DNA from: an uncultured virus (IMG/VR IMGVR_UViG_3300042860_003432)
Lineage: Duplodnaviria > Heunggongvirae > Uroviricota > Caudoviricetes
Strand: one strand, 5' to 3'
Virus record (IMG/VR): IMGVR_UViG_3300042860_003432
Length of the DNA: 64,000 nt
The translations under genes and the position numbers were made by a program. Below are positions 40,971 through 50,387 of the stretch, piece by piece. The notes under the pieces are model-generated. The model was given only the letters and a program-made list of their open reading frames with translations. It did no database searches and had not been told where the DNA came from. How positions within the stretch are numbered: position 1 is the first letter of the stretch; the number at the start of each line of letters is the position of its first letter.

Positions 40971-42048
40971 CTGCTGTTATTGGCTTACCGTCAAGCACTT
41001 TGAATACAATCGCAGATCTGCCTGTGCTGCCATGTGCTTGTAATATTTCTGCGGCAGCAAACTTGCGTGGCATTTTAGAACGAGCGGCGGCAAAAGCAAA
41101 CAGTGCGTTCATTATGGTATGAACTTCTTTCATCGCATCGCATATGCGTGAAATATGCCCGATTGCCATATTTGCTATTTCGTAGTCAAACTTATGCGTA
41201 AGATAATCAAAGAACTCAGTATAGCCAGTAGGTTCGTGAGATAGTGTATGACGGTCCATAAACCAATCAATATATACATCAATTACCTTTTCTATGCTTG
41301 AGATTTCACTCTTGGCGCGATGCAGATACAAGTATTGAGCACTCTTGATCTTTAGAATATCCTGTTCGTCGTTGTAATACAGGCATATGCCCTCAAAGTC
41401 CCGCATATCAACCACTGCCTTCTGTAATTCGTCGATGGAGTTATAATTATAAAACTTTGGGCGGCGAAAGTTATAGTTTCTGGCAATATGGTTTAGTGAG
41501 TGCTGGTCTACAAGCGAATAGTCATCGTGTACAATTGCGGCAATAAGAACCATATCGGGCTCTTTGCCATAATCTAATACAATACGATTGGTAGGAGATA
41601 GCCACTCAAAGATATAAGAATGCTGAGTGGTGTCTTGCTTTTCAAGATATGATATAAACTTGGCATACTTATTTAGCAATACATCTATTTCGTGTGCGTT
41701 TTCTTGCCTACGAGCATCTGTCGTTCCTCTTGTACGAATAACAGTATGCCCCTTATATCTTGAGAATATAAGCGTAGAACCGTCCAACTTCTCAATCATT
41801 CTTGAACCAACGAGAGAAGACGGTGTGGGTGATATGTCAGGCTTTTCACCAAGGTTAAAAAACTTCTTGAAACTCAGTGAAACGGGATTTCCTTCCTTAT
41901 CCCACAGTGAAGATCTAAAGATAAGATTCTGCTTGTTCCAAGTCGCTCCGATATGAATAGGTTGAATCAAATAGCACTCGTGCTCACCAACGAGATGCTG
42001 GTGAACCATAAAAGAGTTTCTATCTATAGACTGTATGTCTATTTTCAT
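40933..42048 (-). CDS. T4 Rnl1-like RNA ligase
   Basis: KKFFNLGE, EKLDGS (motif I), FEW.SP.NRIV, EG, KIKS..Y; TTGACA-N16-TATGCT upstream. Confidence 0.85.
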   Translation of the reverse strand: MKIDIQSIDRNSFMVHQHLVGEHECYLIQPIHIGATWNKQNLIFRSSLWDKEGNPVSLSFKKFFNLGEKPDISPTPSSLVGSRMIEKLDGSTLIFSRYKGHTVIRTRGTTDARRQENAHEIDVLLNKYAKFISYLEKQDTTQHSYIFEWLSPTNRIVLDYGKEPDMVLIAAIVHDDYSLVDQHSLNHIARNYNFRRPKFYNYNSIDELQKAVVDMRDFEGICLYYNDEQDILKIKSAQYLYLHRAKSEISSIEKVIDVYIDWFMDRHTLSHEPTGYTEFFDYLTHKFDYEIANMAIGHISRICDAMKEVHTIMNALFAFAAARSKMPRKFAAAEILQAHGSTGRSAIVFKVLDGKPITADDYKKILYQVLK

Positions 42049-42083
42049 AGAACAAGCATACTATGGATATACTAAGTGTCAAT

Positions 42084-42114
42084 AAAAAATCCCCCAAAAT
42101 AACTTGGGGGATTT
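42084..42114 (-). terminator. intrinsic terminator
   Basis: aaaaaatcccccaa-aataac-ttgggggatttt. Confidence 0.75.
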
Positions 42115-42137
42115 TGATATATCAATATTCTACAATA

Positions 42138-42353
42138 TTACTTGGTAAGAATACGGCGCAAAGCAGCAACTGCTCTACCATCAAGGCGAACCTTGTTCAT
42201 CTTCTTGGTGACGGGATTGATACCAGTCACACTAAGATGCATAATCTCATCCTTTACACCCTTTACAGGGCGAGTAAAAGAAAGAGAATACTTTCCGTTC
42301 TTGACGAATGTATTGATTTTGCGGCCATTCTTTGTCTTGGTTGTCTTAGTCAT
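42138..42353 (-). CDS. small basic hypothetical protein
   Basis: 71-aa K/R-rich ORF followed by a terminator. Confidence 0.6.
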   Translation of the reverse strand: MTKTTKTKNGRKINTFVKNGKYSLSFTRPVKGVKDEIMHLSVTGINPVTKKMNKVRLDGRAVAALRRILTK

Positions 42354-42414
42354 ATGCGTATATTTTTTGTTTTTTATTATTCTTATGTTGAATAAGATAA
42401 ATACAGTATGTAGA

Positions 42415-43374
42415 TTACTCGCAGATTGTCAATAAACTTTCGCGTGAAATCTTATTTATAGCAAGTTCTTTCATCTTGAACTCAAAGTCGAGATGTAGAT
42501 TGCCTTTGTAGTTGGCATAAATAGACGGCATCATAGTAGGAAAGTCGGCGTGAGCACGCGGATTTTTGCCGGGCAATGATTCGCTGAAATGAAACAACGG
42601 AATAACTCCAGTTGGCCAAGTTGATAGTGCTGTATCAAACGCAAACTCTTCGCTGGTTGAGTCTGGATTACACATATGGTGCAGATTATCAAATGTAATT
42701 GGAATACCCAGTCGCTTGTATGTGTTTTCATATAATGCCATTACACTCCAACTCTTTAGTTTGTCTTCGTTCTCCAACACTAAACGACTACGCACACCGT
42801 CGCTCATATTATGATATACTTTCTGGAATCTATCTGTTGTTTCGGCATAGTTACCATTGTTATAACAGTTCATATGAATATTAATCGGTGCTTCGTATGA
42901 ACGAGGTAAATTAAGCATATCCATAATCATGGCGTGTTGATCCAAGTCTCGTATAGAGTTTTCAACAACTTTTGGATTTGGACTGGCAGGTACAACAAAC
43001 TGGTCAGGATGCATGCTACAACGAATGTTATTGTCCTGTATGATCTTAGCGGCTGCTCTGAATTCCGAGTATATTTCTTCGGCGTTATAAAAATCATCCA
43101 CAGTAAACTCCAGATCTGGGTGCGTCATCAATGGAAAAACATTACTACCAATGCGGTAATTCCAGTTATTAACCGCACACTCTCCAAGAACAGCACGAAT
43201 AGTCTTAATATTATTCAATGAACGATCAGCAAGCACTTTCATAGCAACCTTGCTACCCAACTTCTTATATTGGGCATATGTCATTACATTGAACTTGATT
43301 TTATGCTCTTGTAGTCCTGTATGGATACAGCATAGCGATGGAGTAATATTAGATGGTAAAATCATAGCATACAT
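42415..43374 (-). CDS. uvsE: UV damage endonuclease
   Basis: YRIGSN.FP, SMHPDQF, INIH, RLVLENED, FDNLHH, FHFSES, RAHAD, EFKMKE. Confidence 0.9.
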   Translation of the reverse strand: MYAMILPSNITPSLCCIHTGLQEHKIKFNVMTYAQYKKLGSKVAMKVLADRSLNNIKTIRAVLGECAVNNWNYRIGSNVFPLMTHPDLEFTVDDFYNAEEIYSEFRAAAKIIQDNNIRCSMHPDQFVVPASPNPKVVENSIRDLDQHAMIMDMLNLPRSYEAPINIHMNCYNNGNYAETTDRFQKVYHNMSDGVRSRLVLENEDKLKSWSVMALYENTYKRLGIPITFDNLHHMCNPDSTSEEFAFDTALSTWPTGVIPLFHFSESLPGKNPRAHADFPTMMPSIYANYKGNLHLDFEFKMKELAINKISRESLLTICE

Positions 43375-43405
43375 ATTATACGGTAAAATGCTGTTGTCAA
43401 ATCAA

Positions 43406-43432
43406 TAAAAAAGAGCCTCGTGTGAGGCTCTT
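43406..43432 (-). terminator. intrinsic terminator
   Basis: aaaaaagagcctc-gtgt-gaggctctt. Confidence 0.75.
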
Positions 43433-43458
43433 GATTATAACCAGTTTATGATATGTTA

Positions 43459-44175
43459 TTAAAACTTGACGGTAACAAATCCACCAAGCCAACTATTGTT
43501 GGTTGTGACAGAGTTGTTGAGGTAGTTATGGCGATAGCCAGCACCAACAACAACATTCTTGGCTTCATACACCAAGTCCAGTTTACCAGTTAGGTAATAA
43601 TACGAATCCTTGACTGGGCCACCACGGCGCTCTGGTAGAGCATCCTTGGCACCAACCCATCCAAGAGTAGCAGCAGGAACCAGCTTGAATCCCTTGGCGA
43701 GCAGGAAGAGGTTGATTGGCTGGCTGAGAGAGCCTTCAGCAAACACCTGACGCAGATTCAGGTCATATCCTGCTGCTACGGTTGGGCTCAAAAAAGCATC
43801 GTAAGCCAGAGATCCGAACACTTCAACACTATAATTTGTTTCGCCCTTTGCTGGTGCAGCCTTGGGGTAAAAATATCCCACGCCACCAACCTTGAGTGTA
43901 GTTGCCTTGTCAATAGTATATCCTTGAGTCAAGGCCACATCAAGTTCACGAACGGTTGTATTTAGATTATCAAAATCCCATAGACCGACGACACTCAAGC
44001 TGGTCTTAGATGGTAGATTGACGGTGACTTCGGAAGTACCTACATTGGTTCCTCCAGCTACACCACGAAATACATAGTCACTCTCAAATCCAGCAGTAGC
44101 CGATACTGTCTGGGAGAAAGAAACTGATGTGATCGCAATCAATCCTACGATTAGTTTAGTAATATATTTCTTCAT
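43459..44175 (-). CDS. outer-membrane beta-barrel protein (TorF/TIGR02001-like)
   Basis: Sec signal peptide, ESDYVFRG, alternating beta-strand pattern, C-terminal Phe. Confidence 0.75.
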   Translation of the reverse strand: MKKYITKLIVGLIAITSVSFSQTVSATAGFESDYVFRGVAGGTNVGTSEVTVNLPSKTSLSVVGLWDFDNLNTTVRELDVALTQGYTIDKATTLKVGGVGYFYPKAAPAKGETNYSVEVFGSLAYDAFLSPTVAAGYDLNLRQVFAEGSLSQPINLFLLAKGFKLVPAATLGWVGAKDALPERRGGPVKDSYYYLTGKLDLVYEAKNVVVGAGYRHNYLNNSVTTNNSWLGGFVTVKF

Positions 44176-44265
44176 ATTTATTTTATATTTAGTTATTATT
44201 CTTCACGGTTTTCGCAAAGTACCGATAACTATATGATATAAAATCTTTTATGTCAATATATAAAA

Positions 44266-44646
44266 TGGTGGACGTGAGGGGAGTTGAACCCCTGTGCTGT
44301 ATAATATAACTACAACCATATACATGCTTATCTCTTATAATCCGACTAAGTTTGGTAGAGCACCACTTAGAAGTTGAGGACTCGTGTTTCTCGCTGTTGT
44401 TACGACCCTCGTCCTTACAACAGCAAGCAGATGGTCGAGCGTTTTATTCTATATATCTGCGTCAATAGATAAAACGGGTAGCAACTTAGGCTACAGCAAC
44501 TTCGCTCTTACGGCTTACGCTTAGGAACGATGTCTTAGCAAGATTTCTCTTAGCATTTATTTTTTCCAACGGGTATTATACAGAGACATTAGACTCTGTG
44601 CATGCGGACTGCATCTACACTATATAGTAGAATCCAGAACACGCCC
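44266..44646 (-). ncRNA. ssrA: tmRNA
   Basis: 5' GGGCGUG pairs with 3' CACGUCC-A-CCA including G3:U70; T-arm GGGGUUCAACUCCCC; tag frame 44554..44486 encodes AKRNLAKTSFLSVSRKSEVAVA*. Confidence 0.93.
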
Positions 44647-44660
44647 ATAATAAAAAATAG

Positions 44661-44838
44661 AAAACGTGTAGGGGCTAGGTGTTTGGGCACCGGCACCGGA
44701 AATACATTCGGGTATTTCATCCTATCCCAACAACTTCGGCTATTTAGACAAGAATAAAACTTGATGCCTACTATGATGTTATGTGAGAATAGTCGCAAGT
44801 TTTACAAACAACGACTCTTTTAACTACCCTACACGCTT
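44661..44838 (-). ncRNA. candidate structured ncRNA (~175 nt), family unknown
   Basis: Closing stem CGTGTAGGG/CCCTACACG, internal hairpins, lies between promoter+boxA and the tmRNA. Confidence 0.55.
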
Positions 44839-44848
44839 CTAAAAGTGA

Positions 44849-44858
44849 TTCAAAGAAC
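44849..44858 (-). promoter_or_regulatory. boxA-like antitermination motif
   Basis: GTTCTTTGAA directly downstream of a TTGACA promoter. Confidence 0.55.
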
Positions 44859-44973
44859 GACAACTATAATTATCTAGATATATGGTCTTGTCAATACTTT
44901 TTATTTCAGGAAATTTTTATAAAAATTATATTCTGGTTGACATATACAATACTTAGAATAATATTTTATTTTT

Positions 44974-45327
44974 ATGTATAAACTATTTCTTGATGATGTA
45001 AGAGAACCAGAACAAGTGACTTGGGTAAAACTACCAGATGGTCCTTGGGAAATTGTGCGTAATTATGATCAATTCGTTGAGCATATCTCAAAGAATGGCA
45101 TTCCATCGTTTGTTGCCTTTGATCACGACCTTGCAGAAGAGCATTATGGTGCCAATCCAAGAAGTGAATTCAAAGAGAAAACGGGATATCATTGTGCCAA
45201 GTGGCTGATTGAAAAGTGTATGAATGAAGACACAAACTTTCCACACTATGTTGTTCATAGCATGAACCCAGTAGGAAAGATGAATATTACCAGTTTGGTT
45301 GAAAACTTCAAGAACACCATCAAGTGA
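44974..45327 (+). CDS. cyclic-phosphate-processing receiver-like domain protein
   Basis: LFLDDVR, FDHDL, KTGY.CAKWL, VHSMNPVG; TTGACA-N16-TAATAT upstream. Confidence 0.8.
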   Translation: MYKLFLDDVREPEQVTWVKLPDGPWEIVRNYDQFVEHISKNGIPSFVAFDHDLAEEHYGANPRSEFKEKTGYHCAKWLIEKCMNEDTNFPHYVVHSMNPVGKMNITSLVENFKNTIK

Positions 45328-45974
45328 AAAAGATCAGCCTTAAAAGTGCAGACCAAAAGATGTGGTTTGTTTCCGATCTGCACCTTGGTCATAACAAGCC
45401 ATTCATTCTTGGCCCAAGAAACTATTCCAATATAAATGAAGCATACGAACATACGCACAAAATGTTGGACGAACATATCGGACCAAATGACATTGTGTTT
45501 AATCTCGGTGATGTTGTGATTGGTGCATTTGATAATTCTCTAGCGTATGCCAAAAGAATTGTGCATATTCCGTGCAAACATCAGTATTTTATTTGGGGAA
45601 ATCATAATGCCGGAATTCAACAGATATACGACGATTATAGAAAAGAACTAGGTTTATTGGCGGATGATATTGAAATGTATCCTCTCACAATTCCAAACAC
45701 AAACTTTACTTTTCTAGGACATTATGCAGAAATAAGTATAGACACCAAAAAAGTTGTTCTTACCCATTATCCAATTGCTTCGTGGCACGGCATAAGTAAA
45801 GGTGCTTATAATATCCACGGTCATTGTCATAGAAATTTAAAGGAAGATCTTTCTCTTGCTAGACTTGATGTTGGTTGGGAATGGAAGAGACGCCCCGTGG
45901 AATGGAGCGAAATTGTAGAAGAATTAAGTCCAAGAAAAACGATTCCTCCAGATCATCATGGTAAAGATGAATAA
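45324..45974 (+). CDS. calcineurin-like metallophosphoesterase
   Basis: SDLHLGH, LGD, GNH, THYP, HGHCH, DVG. Confidence 0.9.
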   Translation: MKKISLKSADQKMWFVSDLHLGHNKPFILGPRNYSNINEAYEHTHKMLDEHIGPNDIVFNLGDVVIGAFDNSLAYAKRIVHIPCKHQYFIWGNHNAGIQQIYDDYRKELGLLADDIEMYPLTIPNTNFTFLGHYAEISIDTKKVVLTHYPIASWHGISKGAYNIHGHCHRNLKEDLSLARLDVGWEWKRRPVEWSEIVEELSPRKTIPPDHHGKDE

Positions 45975-45979
45975 AATTT

Positions 45980-46462
45980 ATGAAAAAACTAATACACAAG
46001 GATGGCAATCTACTTACTGCAACAGACGTTGAAGTAATTGCTCATCAAGCCAACTGCCAAAACATATTTGGCGCAGGTATTGCTAAGAGTATAAAAGAAA
46101 TGTATCCCAAGGCATATCACGCAGATAGTATGGCATACAAGGATGGCAAAGCAGTGCTTGGAAGTTATAGTTTTTGTCATATGAATGGCAATCCTTTCAA
46201 GAAGATATTCAACCTATATGGGCAAAACTTGTATGGCTCAAAAACCAGAATGACAAACTACAATGCGTTGTATGATTCTCTTGAAGGAATGAAAAACTAT
46301 CTAGTAGAGAATGATGAAGATTTACCAGTTCCAAATATTGGATTTCCATATCTTATGGGATGTGGCCTTGGAGGCGGCGATTGGAGAATAGTAGAAAGAT
46401 TGATTGAAGTTGCCTTTCACAATTATGAAGGTGATATAATAATCTATAAATTCAAAGGATAA
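45980..46462 (+). CDS. macro domain protein (ADP-ribose binding/hydrolase)
   Basis: GNLL, IAHQANC, GAGIA, NLYGQ, P..MGCGLGGGDW. Confidence 0.9.
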   Translation: MKKLIHKDGNLLTATDVEVIAHQANCQNIFGAGIAKSIKEMYPKAYHADSMAYKDGKAVLGSYSFCHMNGNPFKKIFNLYGQNLYGSKTRMTNYNALYDSLEGMKNYLVENDEDLPVPNIGFPYLMGCGLGGGDWRIVERLIEVAFHNYEGDIIIYKFKG

Positions 46463-46463
46463 T

Positions 46464-46497
46464 AAAAAAGCCCCGAGAAATCGGGGCTTTTGTTTTT
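46464..46497. terminator. bidirectional intrinsic terminator
   Basis: aaaaagccccga-gaaa-tcggggcttttgttttt between convergent genes. Confidence 0.85.
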
Positions 46498-46512
46498 AGT
46501 AAATTTACTTAT

Positions 46513-47199
46513 TTACCAAGTAACAGTTACCATTCCTGCACCACCGGTTCCCTCGGTTTTGACAGGAGTACTGCTTTCTCCGGAGTATCCGCCGCCACCA
46601 CCGCCGCCCGGCAAATCACCATCGGTTGCGGTGATGAGTCTTGAACATGGACCTGCATCGTAATATGCAGCATTTCCACCGTTTCCGCCGCCCGCTGCTG
46701 CTCCAGATGCACCAAGAGATCCGGTTGGAGAGTGACCAAATTGGGAGAAAGATGCACCCGTGTCCAATCCATCTCCTGCGGCGATTCCATTTCCTAGCCC
46801 GCCAGCCGCTGATCCGCCGCCAGCAGCGCCATAATTTCCATATGCGCCCAAGAATGTTCCTCCTGTTCCTCCTGTGTATTTTGTACTTCCGGTGTTAAAT
46901 GCCGTTTGACCGGTAATTGTTCCGTCGGATCTTCCTCCAGCAGCCTGAAGACGAATTACGCTGGCAGATATAAAATTGGATACTCCACCATTTCCAAGAC
47001 CATCGGAGTTTGGTACACCGACATTTATTGTGTACGATCCAGATGGAACCGTAAACGCTATTGTTGCATAAGAAGCACCGGATCCCCCAGTACCGTTAGT
47101 ATTTCCGTTTCCACCGGCTCCCCAGCACGAAGCAGTAACGTTTCTCAGAGATTCTGTGACGGCTAATGTTCCGGATGTATAGTATGTTGTTGTAGGCAT
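46513..47199 (-). CDS. glycine-rich protein (tail-fibre-associated type)
   Basis: WGAGG, GGSGA, GGGGGG, GAGMVTVTW motifs. Confidence 0.7.
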   Translation of the reverse strand: MPTTTYYTSGTLAVTESLRNVTASCWGAGGNGNTNGTGGSGASYATIAFTVPSGSYTINVGVPNSDGLGNGGVSNFISASVIRLQAAGGRSDGTITGQTAFNTGSTKYTGGTGGTFLGAYGNYGAAGGGSAAGGLGNGIAAGDGLDTGASFSQFGHSPTGSLGASGAAAGGGNGGNAAYYDAGPCSRLITATDGDLPGGGGGGGYSGESSTPVKTEGTGGAGMVTVTW

Positions 47200-47286
47200 A
47201 ATTTATGATATGATTATTGTTCAGTTATAATTATAATATAGTTTCAATAAAACTTAACTTTTGTCGTATATACGAAATATTCTACT

Positions 47287-47694
47287 TTATGGTAAGTTTT
47301 TGTCTGAAATATCTAACGGAGTTGGCGTGACTTCTGGGGATGGAGGTGGGTTTGCCCACGGAGGAGGTAAATACGCAATTGGAGGATTTATCATGTTTTC
47401 TATTTGCTGATTAATATCCGCTTGCATCTGACTTAACTTATCTGGCCCTATAGATTCTTCGACCCACTCTTGAACCATAGCTTCTGTGAGTTGTTCGTAT
47501 GGTATAAATGGACGACTGCCGGAAACGAATGGAGCAATTGTTTGTGCACCGAATGTTTGGTGGCTATAGCTACTAGATACAACCTCTCGTGTTCCAGTAT
47601 AGTACCAATGTACTACATATACAACGTTTTCTAATCCATTTTGTTGTGTATATGTTTGCAGTGTAGGAAATGTCCAAGCGTATGTGGTTGCCAT
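47287..47694 (-). CDS. phage protein, probably tail-fibre associated
   Basis: TYAW..., VVHW, FIPYEQLTE..V.EWV, C-terminal Pro-rich. Confidence 0.65.
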   Translation of the reverse strand: MATTYAWTFPTLQTYTQQNGLENVVYVVHWYYTGTREVVSSSYSHQTFGAQTIAPFVSGSRPFIPYEQLTEAMVQEWVEESIGPDKLSQMQADINQQIENMINPPIAYLPPPWANPPPSPEVTPTPLDISDKNLP

Positions 47695-47724
47695 AAGTTT
47701 AATTTTTTAAGTTTTATATAATAA

Positions 47725-48579
47725 CTAAAACTTCTTATTTCTAAAGCGTTTTGCTGCTTGTCCCTGAAACTTTCTTATGTCTGTTCCTGCGTTCGTTTTT
47801 AGGAACTCTATGATCTTTTTCAATACTTGCATAAGCATTTTGACATCTTCTTTGGCATCGTGCCATCCATCAATCTTTACTCCAAGTGCTTGACCTAACT
47901 TACCAAGGCTTGAGCTATAGCTTTTGTATTTTGTTTTAGCGAGCAGTCCATCAAGCACTTGTTTGGCTTCTGGATTTGTTTCTAATGCTTGTAATGCTGG
48001 GATGAAGAAGAATCTGGATATATTCACTGTATCCAACACAGGATATCTCTTCATTGGCGGCAAGCCGTGTAGTTTTCTTCTCGCCGCAATAACTTTCATA
48101 TCAAATGTAGCGTTGTGTGCTAGTATCACAACATTCTGATATCTATCTAAAAACTTCTCAAACTCAATTAGTGCTTCTTTTTCATCAAGCTTTTCTGCGT
48201 TTGGTACATCATAGCCAGTCATCTTTAGTGCGTCTCGTGGATGTAGATCTGGCTTACCATACTTCTTTTCTCTGCGTGCCATTTCTTTACCAAGATGTTT
48301 TGCTTCAGCACTATTTGGATCATTCAATGCGTTGTTCAATGCAGGTCCAATGTTTATCTTTTTGCTAAACTCGCCGATTTCATTAAATGTTGAACCATCA
48401 TATACCATAGCAGCAATATGTGTTACTTGAATATATGATGTGTTTGGTTCTAAGCCAACGGTTTCTGTGTCAAACAATACTATTGTTTTACCGTCAAACT
48501 GCAAAAACTTTTCTAATACTTCACTTATATTGAAGGAATATAGCTTGGCTTCTTTTAGTATGTCTTTGAGTTTGATCAT
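47725..48579 (-). CDS. DEDDh 3'-5' exonuclease
   Basis: FDTETVGL, AHNATFD, LDT, HDAKEDV; start MIKLKDILKE at 48579. Confidence 0.9.
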   Translation of the reverse strand: MIKLKDILKEAKLYSFNISEVLEKFLQFDGKTIVLFDTETVGLEPNTSYIQVTHIAAMVYDGSTFNEIGEFSKKINIGPALNNALNDPNSAEAKHLGKEMARREKKYGKPDLHPRDALKMTGYDVPNAEKLDEKEALIEFEKFLDRYQNVVILAHNATFDMKVIAARRKLHGLPPMKRYPVLDTVNISRFFFIPALQALETNPEAKQVLDGLLAKTKYKSYSSSLGKLGQALGVKIDGWHDAKEDVKMLMQVLKKIIEFLKTNAGTDIRKFQGQAAKRFRNKKF

Positions 48580-48600
48580 ATCTATAAATATAAAGATATA

Positions 48601-48629
48601 AAAAAAGAGGGTGGAGAAATCCACCCTCT
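48601..48629 (-). terminator. intrinsic terminator
   Basis: aaaaaagagggtgga-gaaa-tccaccctct. Confidence 0.75.
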
Positions 48630-48850
48630 ACTGGTTTTCTTTTTTATTGGCTTATTTTGAGTAATCTTGGTCGAAAATAATGACCAAGCCCAAAACTGCC
48701 CAACATACAACGGCTGCTACCATGATATGTTTCTCCTATCTTAGAGCCACAGACCCATAGGTTTGGTGGCTGTTATAACTGAGCATATAACTATATACCC
48801 GATATTATAATAAATCGCTAAAATAGCAAGTATATTTTACTTTTTATAAA

Positions 48851-50350
48851 CTAACCTATGACTGAAAGCTTGAGGTTTCGTATCAACACATCATTCTTGA
48901 AGTTTACAAGTTTGAGTTGAAGTTCGAACTTATCGCCGTTTGGTATAACTTCTTTCATCTTTCCAAGATGTCCAACAGTCATAGTAAATGAGTGTGTAAT
49001 GGTTTTGTTTGTTGTACTCGGATCTCCATCCATTATCTTTACTCGACCAATATACTTTCCATTTACATATGCTTTGATGGCACATTTTCCAACGTGAAAT
49101 ACTGGTCCTGTTTCTATTTCCAATAATGATGTTCCGCCGTCTATTGCCTTACTAATCAAATCTTTTAACGTATTTTGCGGGCGAACATACAAAGATAACC
49201 CTTCACGTACTGTAGCATATTGATTTATTGGAGCAGATACACTGGCGTAGTTTGTTGATACGCTTGTGGGAACAGTCAAATTATTATCGGATGGTACAGC
49301 ATATGATACTGTGTTCATCTTTGTCATAATATCTTTGATTGTTACAGTAACAGGAGAACCATCAATGTCTGGGAATGTATATACTTGTTGACCCCACGGA
49401 CCATCAAGATCTGGCATTGGATTTCTGTATAGTGAGAATATGCGATCTATATTTCCGTGATGCATAAAGAATATAGGATCATTTGCCGCATATCTTAGAG
49501 TTCCCATATTACGATTCTTACCATAACGAGTACCTACCCAATCGTGGCCATCATTGTGTGGTCCAGATTCCACCAACCCTTGGCCAGTTGCTCTATCTGT
49601 AACAGGCTTCCCGCCAAATTGTTCCCAAGGGGTTGTAAGAACAAGATTGATATATTCTGGACTCATATAGTTTTTGCACTCTTGAACGTGAGCTTTTGAA
49701 TCTTGTGAAACTTCGTTGTTTGGATCCATTTTGCTCTTTTGTATTGTTGGTCCACGATTTCCGTCAAACAATGCAATGTTGTCAAATCCAAGATTATCGG
49801 CGTTTACCATATTCTCTTGAGTAAGATCATATCCAAACAGCGGACTCGCCAAACCTCTTGCTTCACGTTCTTTTGTGTTTGGTATTTCTTGATGTGCACA
49901 CCAATCCCAGAATGGATATGCAAAGGGTACACCGTTGTATCCCAACTTATCCAAACAGTTTGCGAGTATTCTTTCTAAGAAGAAAATATAGCCACGATGC
50001 CAAGGTAGAAAATGCCAACCCCAATGTACTTGAGGGTTTGCTGCATCCGAAGCTGTGCAGTGTTTCATATGAATATTTGCATATGATTCCCATTGGGTAG
50101 GTGTTCCCATAGGAAGAGTATTTCGCATATAGTCAACTGCTTTACACAGCGTTCTTACTTCTTCGTCGGTAAGATCATAAAAGCTTTTGCGAACTCTGTT
50201 TGGTTCTTTTCCAAATACAAAAGGTTTTGCGTTTGGATCACACAGTTCAACGGGCTTATTTATTCCACCCGGTTGAGCCGAATTCAATGTAGCTACACTG
50301 GTCAACCCGATGGCACCAGTACCAATAAATTTTCTTCTTGATATTTTCAT
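48851..50350 (-). CDS. Tat-exported tyrosinase/polyphenol oxidase (type-3 copper)
   Basis: SRRKFI twin-Arg signal; CuA H...QVHWGWHFLPWHRGY; PFWDW; CuB PHNDGH...DPIFFMHHGNIDRI; C-terminal beta domain. Confidence 0.9.
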   Translation of the reverse strand: MKISRRKFIGTGAIGLTSVATLNSAQPGGINKPVELCDPNAKPFVFGKEPNRVRKSFYDLTDEEVRTLCKAVDYMRNTLPMGTPTQWESYANIHMKHCTASDAANPQVHWGWHFLPWHRGYIFFLERILANCLDKLGYNGVPFAYPFWDWCAHQEIPNTKEREARGLASPLFGYDLTQENMVNADNLGFDNIALFDGNRGPTIQKSKMDPNNEVSQDSKAHVQECKNYMSPEYINLVLTTPWEQFGGKPVTDRATGQGLVESGPHNDGHDWVGTRYGKNRNMGTLRYAANDPIFFMHHGNIDRIFSLYRNPMPDLDGPWGQQVYTFPDIDGSPVTVTIKDIMTKMNTVSYAVPSDNNLTVPTSVSTNYASVSAPINQYATVREGLSLYVRPQNTLKDLISKAIDGGTSLLEIETGPVFHVGKCAIKAYVNGKYIGRVKIMDGDPSTTNKTITHSFTMTVGHLGKMKEVIPNGDKFELQLKLVNFKNDVLIRNLKLSVIG

Positions 50351-50387
50351 AACCTATATAACTATAACTATAAAAAATAACAAAATA

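Noticed and set aside
48583..48775. Small hydrophobic peptide after AGGAG with an upstream hairpin (type I toxin-like)
   Set aside because: The frame runs through a terminator and no antisense partner is evident; too weak to call
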